From Gemmatimonadota bacterium (GTDB lineage: Bacteria; JBHIER01; G020348925), in the NCBI GenBank assembly GCA_020348925.1, contig CP070758.1, forward strand, positions 1,896,030 through 1,960,029: DNA of 64,000 nucleotides, written 5' to 3'. Below are positions 62,325 to 64,000 of the stretch, one piece after another. Each line of letters starts with the position of its first letter. Position 1 is the stretch's first letter. The translations under genes and the position numbers were made by a program. The notes beneath the pieces were generated by a model. The model made no database searches and was not told the DNA's origin. It saw nothing but the letters and a program-made list of their open reading frames with translations.

Positions 62325-62921
62325 ATGAATGCACCAAATATTCTGACTTTGTTCCGTATTGCGATTACACCGCTTTTCGTGGTCTTTCTGTTTGAAGAAG
62401 GGGTGTGGCCCAAATATGCGGCCACCCTTTTTTTCTTGTGTGCGGCCCTGTCCGATTTCTTCGACGGCTATCTTGCCAGGAAGAGGGGAAGCGTGACACG
62501 GCTTGGACGGTTTCTGGATCCGCTGGCCGATAAGATCCTGACATCAGCGGCCTTCATCTCATTTGCGATTTTGAAAATGGTGGCGGTGTGGATGGTTTAT
62601 ATCCTGGTCGTTCGAGAAATTATTGTCACCGGCTTGCGCGTCTACTCCATTACCAGGAAAAACCCCCTTGTCACCAGCAGGTTGGCCAAGTGGAAAACGA
62701 GTTGCCAGATGGCGGTCATTTTTATCATACTCCTTTTCATGAATGTACACGCCCAGCAGGCTCCCGGGATGTCGTGGCCCGCCGCACCTCACGATTGGCA
62801 ATATTGGGTCATCAACGGACTTGTCCTTTTCATCACCGCTCTGGCAACGGCCACGGGAATTCATTACCTGGTGCAGAATTTCATCTTTTCGCGCAGGTCC
62901 ATTGCTGAGGGGGGGTCGTGA
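62325..62921 (+). CDS. pgsA: CDP-diacylglycerol--glycerol-3-phosphate 3-phosphatidyltransferase
   Basis: PNILTLFR, DFFDGYLAR...GRFLDPLADK. Confidence 0.93.
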   Translation: MNAPNILTLFRIAITPLFVVFLFEEGVWPKYAATLFFLCAALSDFFDGYLARKRGSVTRLGRFLDPLADKILTSAAFISFAILKMVAVWMVYILVVREIIVTGLRVYSITRKNPLVTSRLAKWKTSCQMAVIFIILLFMNVHAQQAPGMSWPAAPHDWQYWVINGLVLFITALATATGIHYLVQNFIFSRRSIAEGGS

Positions 62922-63364
62922 CAAAAATCGCGAAAATAGTGGCCACTGTCGCTTATGTGGGATATGCACCCATAGCTCCCGGCACGGCGGGGAGCGCGGT
63001 GGCGGCGGCCATTTATTGGGTTCTTCCTGAATTTCATAGAGGCATCCGCAGTGCCGCCGCACTATTTCTCATTCTGGTGGGCACATGGGCATCGTCCAGG
63101 GCGGAGAAAATCTACGGGCGCGACGCCTCGAGGATCGTCATCGATGAATTCGCGGGTTTTTTTATCGCTGTTCTTCTTTTGCCCAAAACACCGATCGTCG
63201 CAATTCTGGGGTTTTTCATCTTCCGCGTTTTCGACATTTTCAAACCCTTTCCCATTCGTCTTGCCGAGAAATTGAGGGGGGGCCTGGGAGTGATGGCCGA
63301 TGATGTTCTGGCAGGAATTTTCACGAATATCCTGTTACGTCTGTATCTCTGGATAGCTCTTTGA
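62918..63364 (+). CDS. pgpA: Phosphatidylglycerophosphatase A
   Basis: APGTAGS, IVIDEFAG, FRVFDIFKP, GVMADDVLAG. Confidence 0.93.
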   Translation: MTKIAKIVATVAYVGYAPIAPGTAGSAVAAAIYWVLPEFHRGIRSAAALFLILVGTWASSRAEKIYGRDASRIVIDEFAGFFIAVLLLPKTPIVAILGFFIFRVFDIFKPFPIRLAEKLRGGLGVMADDVLAGIFTNILLRLYLWIAL

Positions 63365-63368
63365 GGGA

Positions 63369-64000
63369 ATGGCAATGCAGGTCGAATTGATCACTATCGG
63401 GGACGAACTCCTTTACGGGAAAACACTGGACACGAATGCGGCTTACATGTCCGAAAATTTGGGAGCGATCGGCGTCACAGTGGTCCGCGTGACGACCGTC
63501 GGTGATACGGTCGAGCATATAGAAGAAGCCCTCCACTCGGCTGTGACCAGGGCCGATGCCGTCATCGTCACAGGGGGGTTGGGACCGACACCGGACGACC
63601 TGACGCGCCAGGCGGTAGCACAAGCCTTCGGGCGCGGGCTGGTCTTCAGGGAGGACGTCTATCGTGACATTGAGATGCGCTGGAAACGGCGGGGAAAGCC
63701 GGTGCCGGAATCGGCCCGAATCCTGGCCCACGTGCCGGAGGGGACGGAGGTGATGAAAAACGCGGTGGGCGCGGCAGCAGGTCTTAAACTGACTCATGAA
63801 AGGACGATCTTCTTTTTCCTCCCCGGTGTCCCCGATGAGATGCGCAGCATGATGGACGATTGCGTCTTGCCCTTCTTGGCCACGAAAGCGGCCGGCCGAG
63901 CCATCCGCCATAGATTGCTCAAAACGGCCGGCATCACCGAATCCGCGCTGCACGAGAAGTTACAGGGGATTGAGGGGGGGATTCAAGCCGTAAAAATTGC
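63369..64000 (+). CDS. cinA: Competence/damage-inducible protein CinA (partial, runs off the window)
   Basis: Read from sequence: MQVELITIGDELLYGKTLDTNAAY...VGD...TGGLGPTPDDLT...LPGVP; follows pgsA-pgpA. Confidence 0.92.
   Translation, partial: MAMQVELITIGDELLYGKTLDTNAAYMSENLGAIGVTVVRVTTVGDTVEHIEEALHSAVTRADAVIVTGGLGPTPDDLTRQAVAQAFGRGLVFREDVYRDIEMRWKRRGKPVPESARILAHVPEGTEVMKNAVGAAAGLKLTHERTIFFFLPGVPDEMRSMMDDCVLPFLATKAAGRAIRHRLLKTAGITESALHEKLQGIEGGIQAVKI

Overview
Bacterial 64-kb window. It is probably from an anaerobic FCB-superphylum or candidate-phylum metagenome assembly (inference from many secreted proteins ending in a 'LxQNYPNPFN' FlgD/T9SS-like C-terminal domain, CTD). Four 100-N gaps (18050-18149, 27474-27573, 46297-46396, 55436-55535) split it into five blocks, and adjacency across them is unproven. 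The left and middle blocks are accessory-rich: secreted proteases and scaffold-like proteins with cohesin/dockerin modules, a giant protein (>2900 aa) with four ~555-aa tandem units, a TPR-DUF2271 protein with a flavinylation motif next to a Cas4/AddB-like nuclease, an [FeFe]-hydrogenase-like sensor histidine kinase with altered H-cluster motifs plus two response regulators, and an octaheme HAO-like cytochrome divergent from two Tat-signal Fe-S aldo/keto reductases. There is also a frameshifted M23-like/dockerin/cohesin gene. The right blocks are mostly metabolic or housekeeping: sigma54 activator-thioredoxin(CxxS)-nifJ-acd, tRNA-Ser x2, tRNA-Ala, large SRP RNA, dnaX-ybaB-recR, porCDAB, pgsA-pgpA-cinA. 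Dispersed 7- and 8-nt periodic repeats and REP-like palindromes occur, including inside the coding CTDs. All family calls come from motif recognition by eye; no searches were run.
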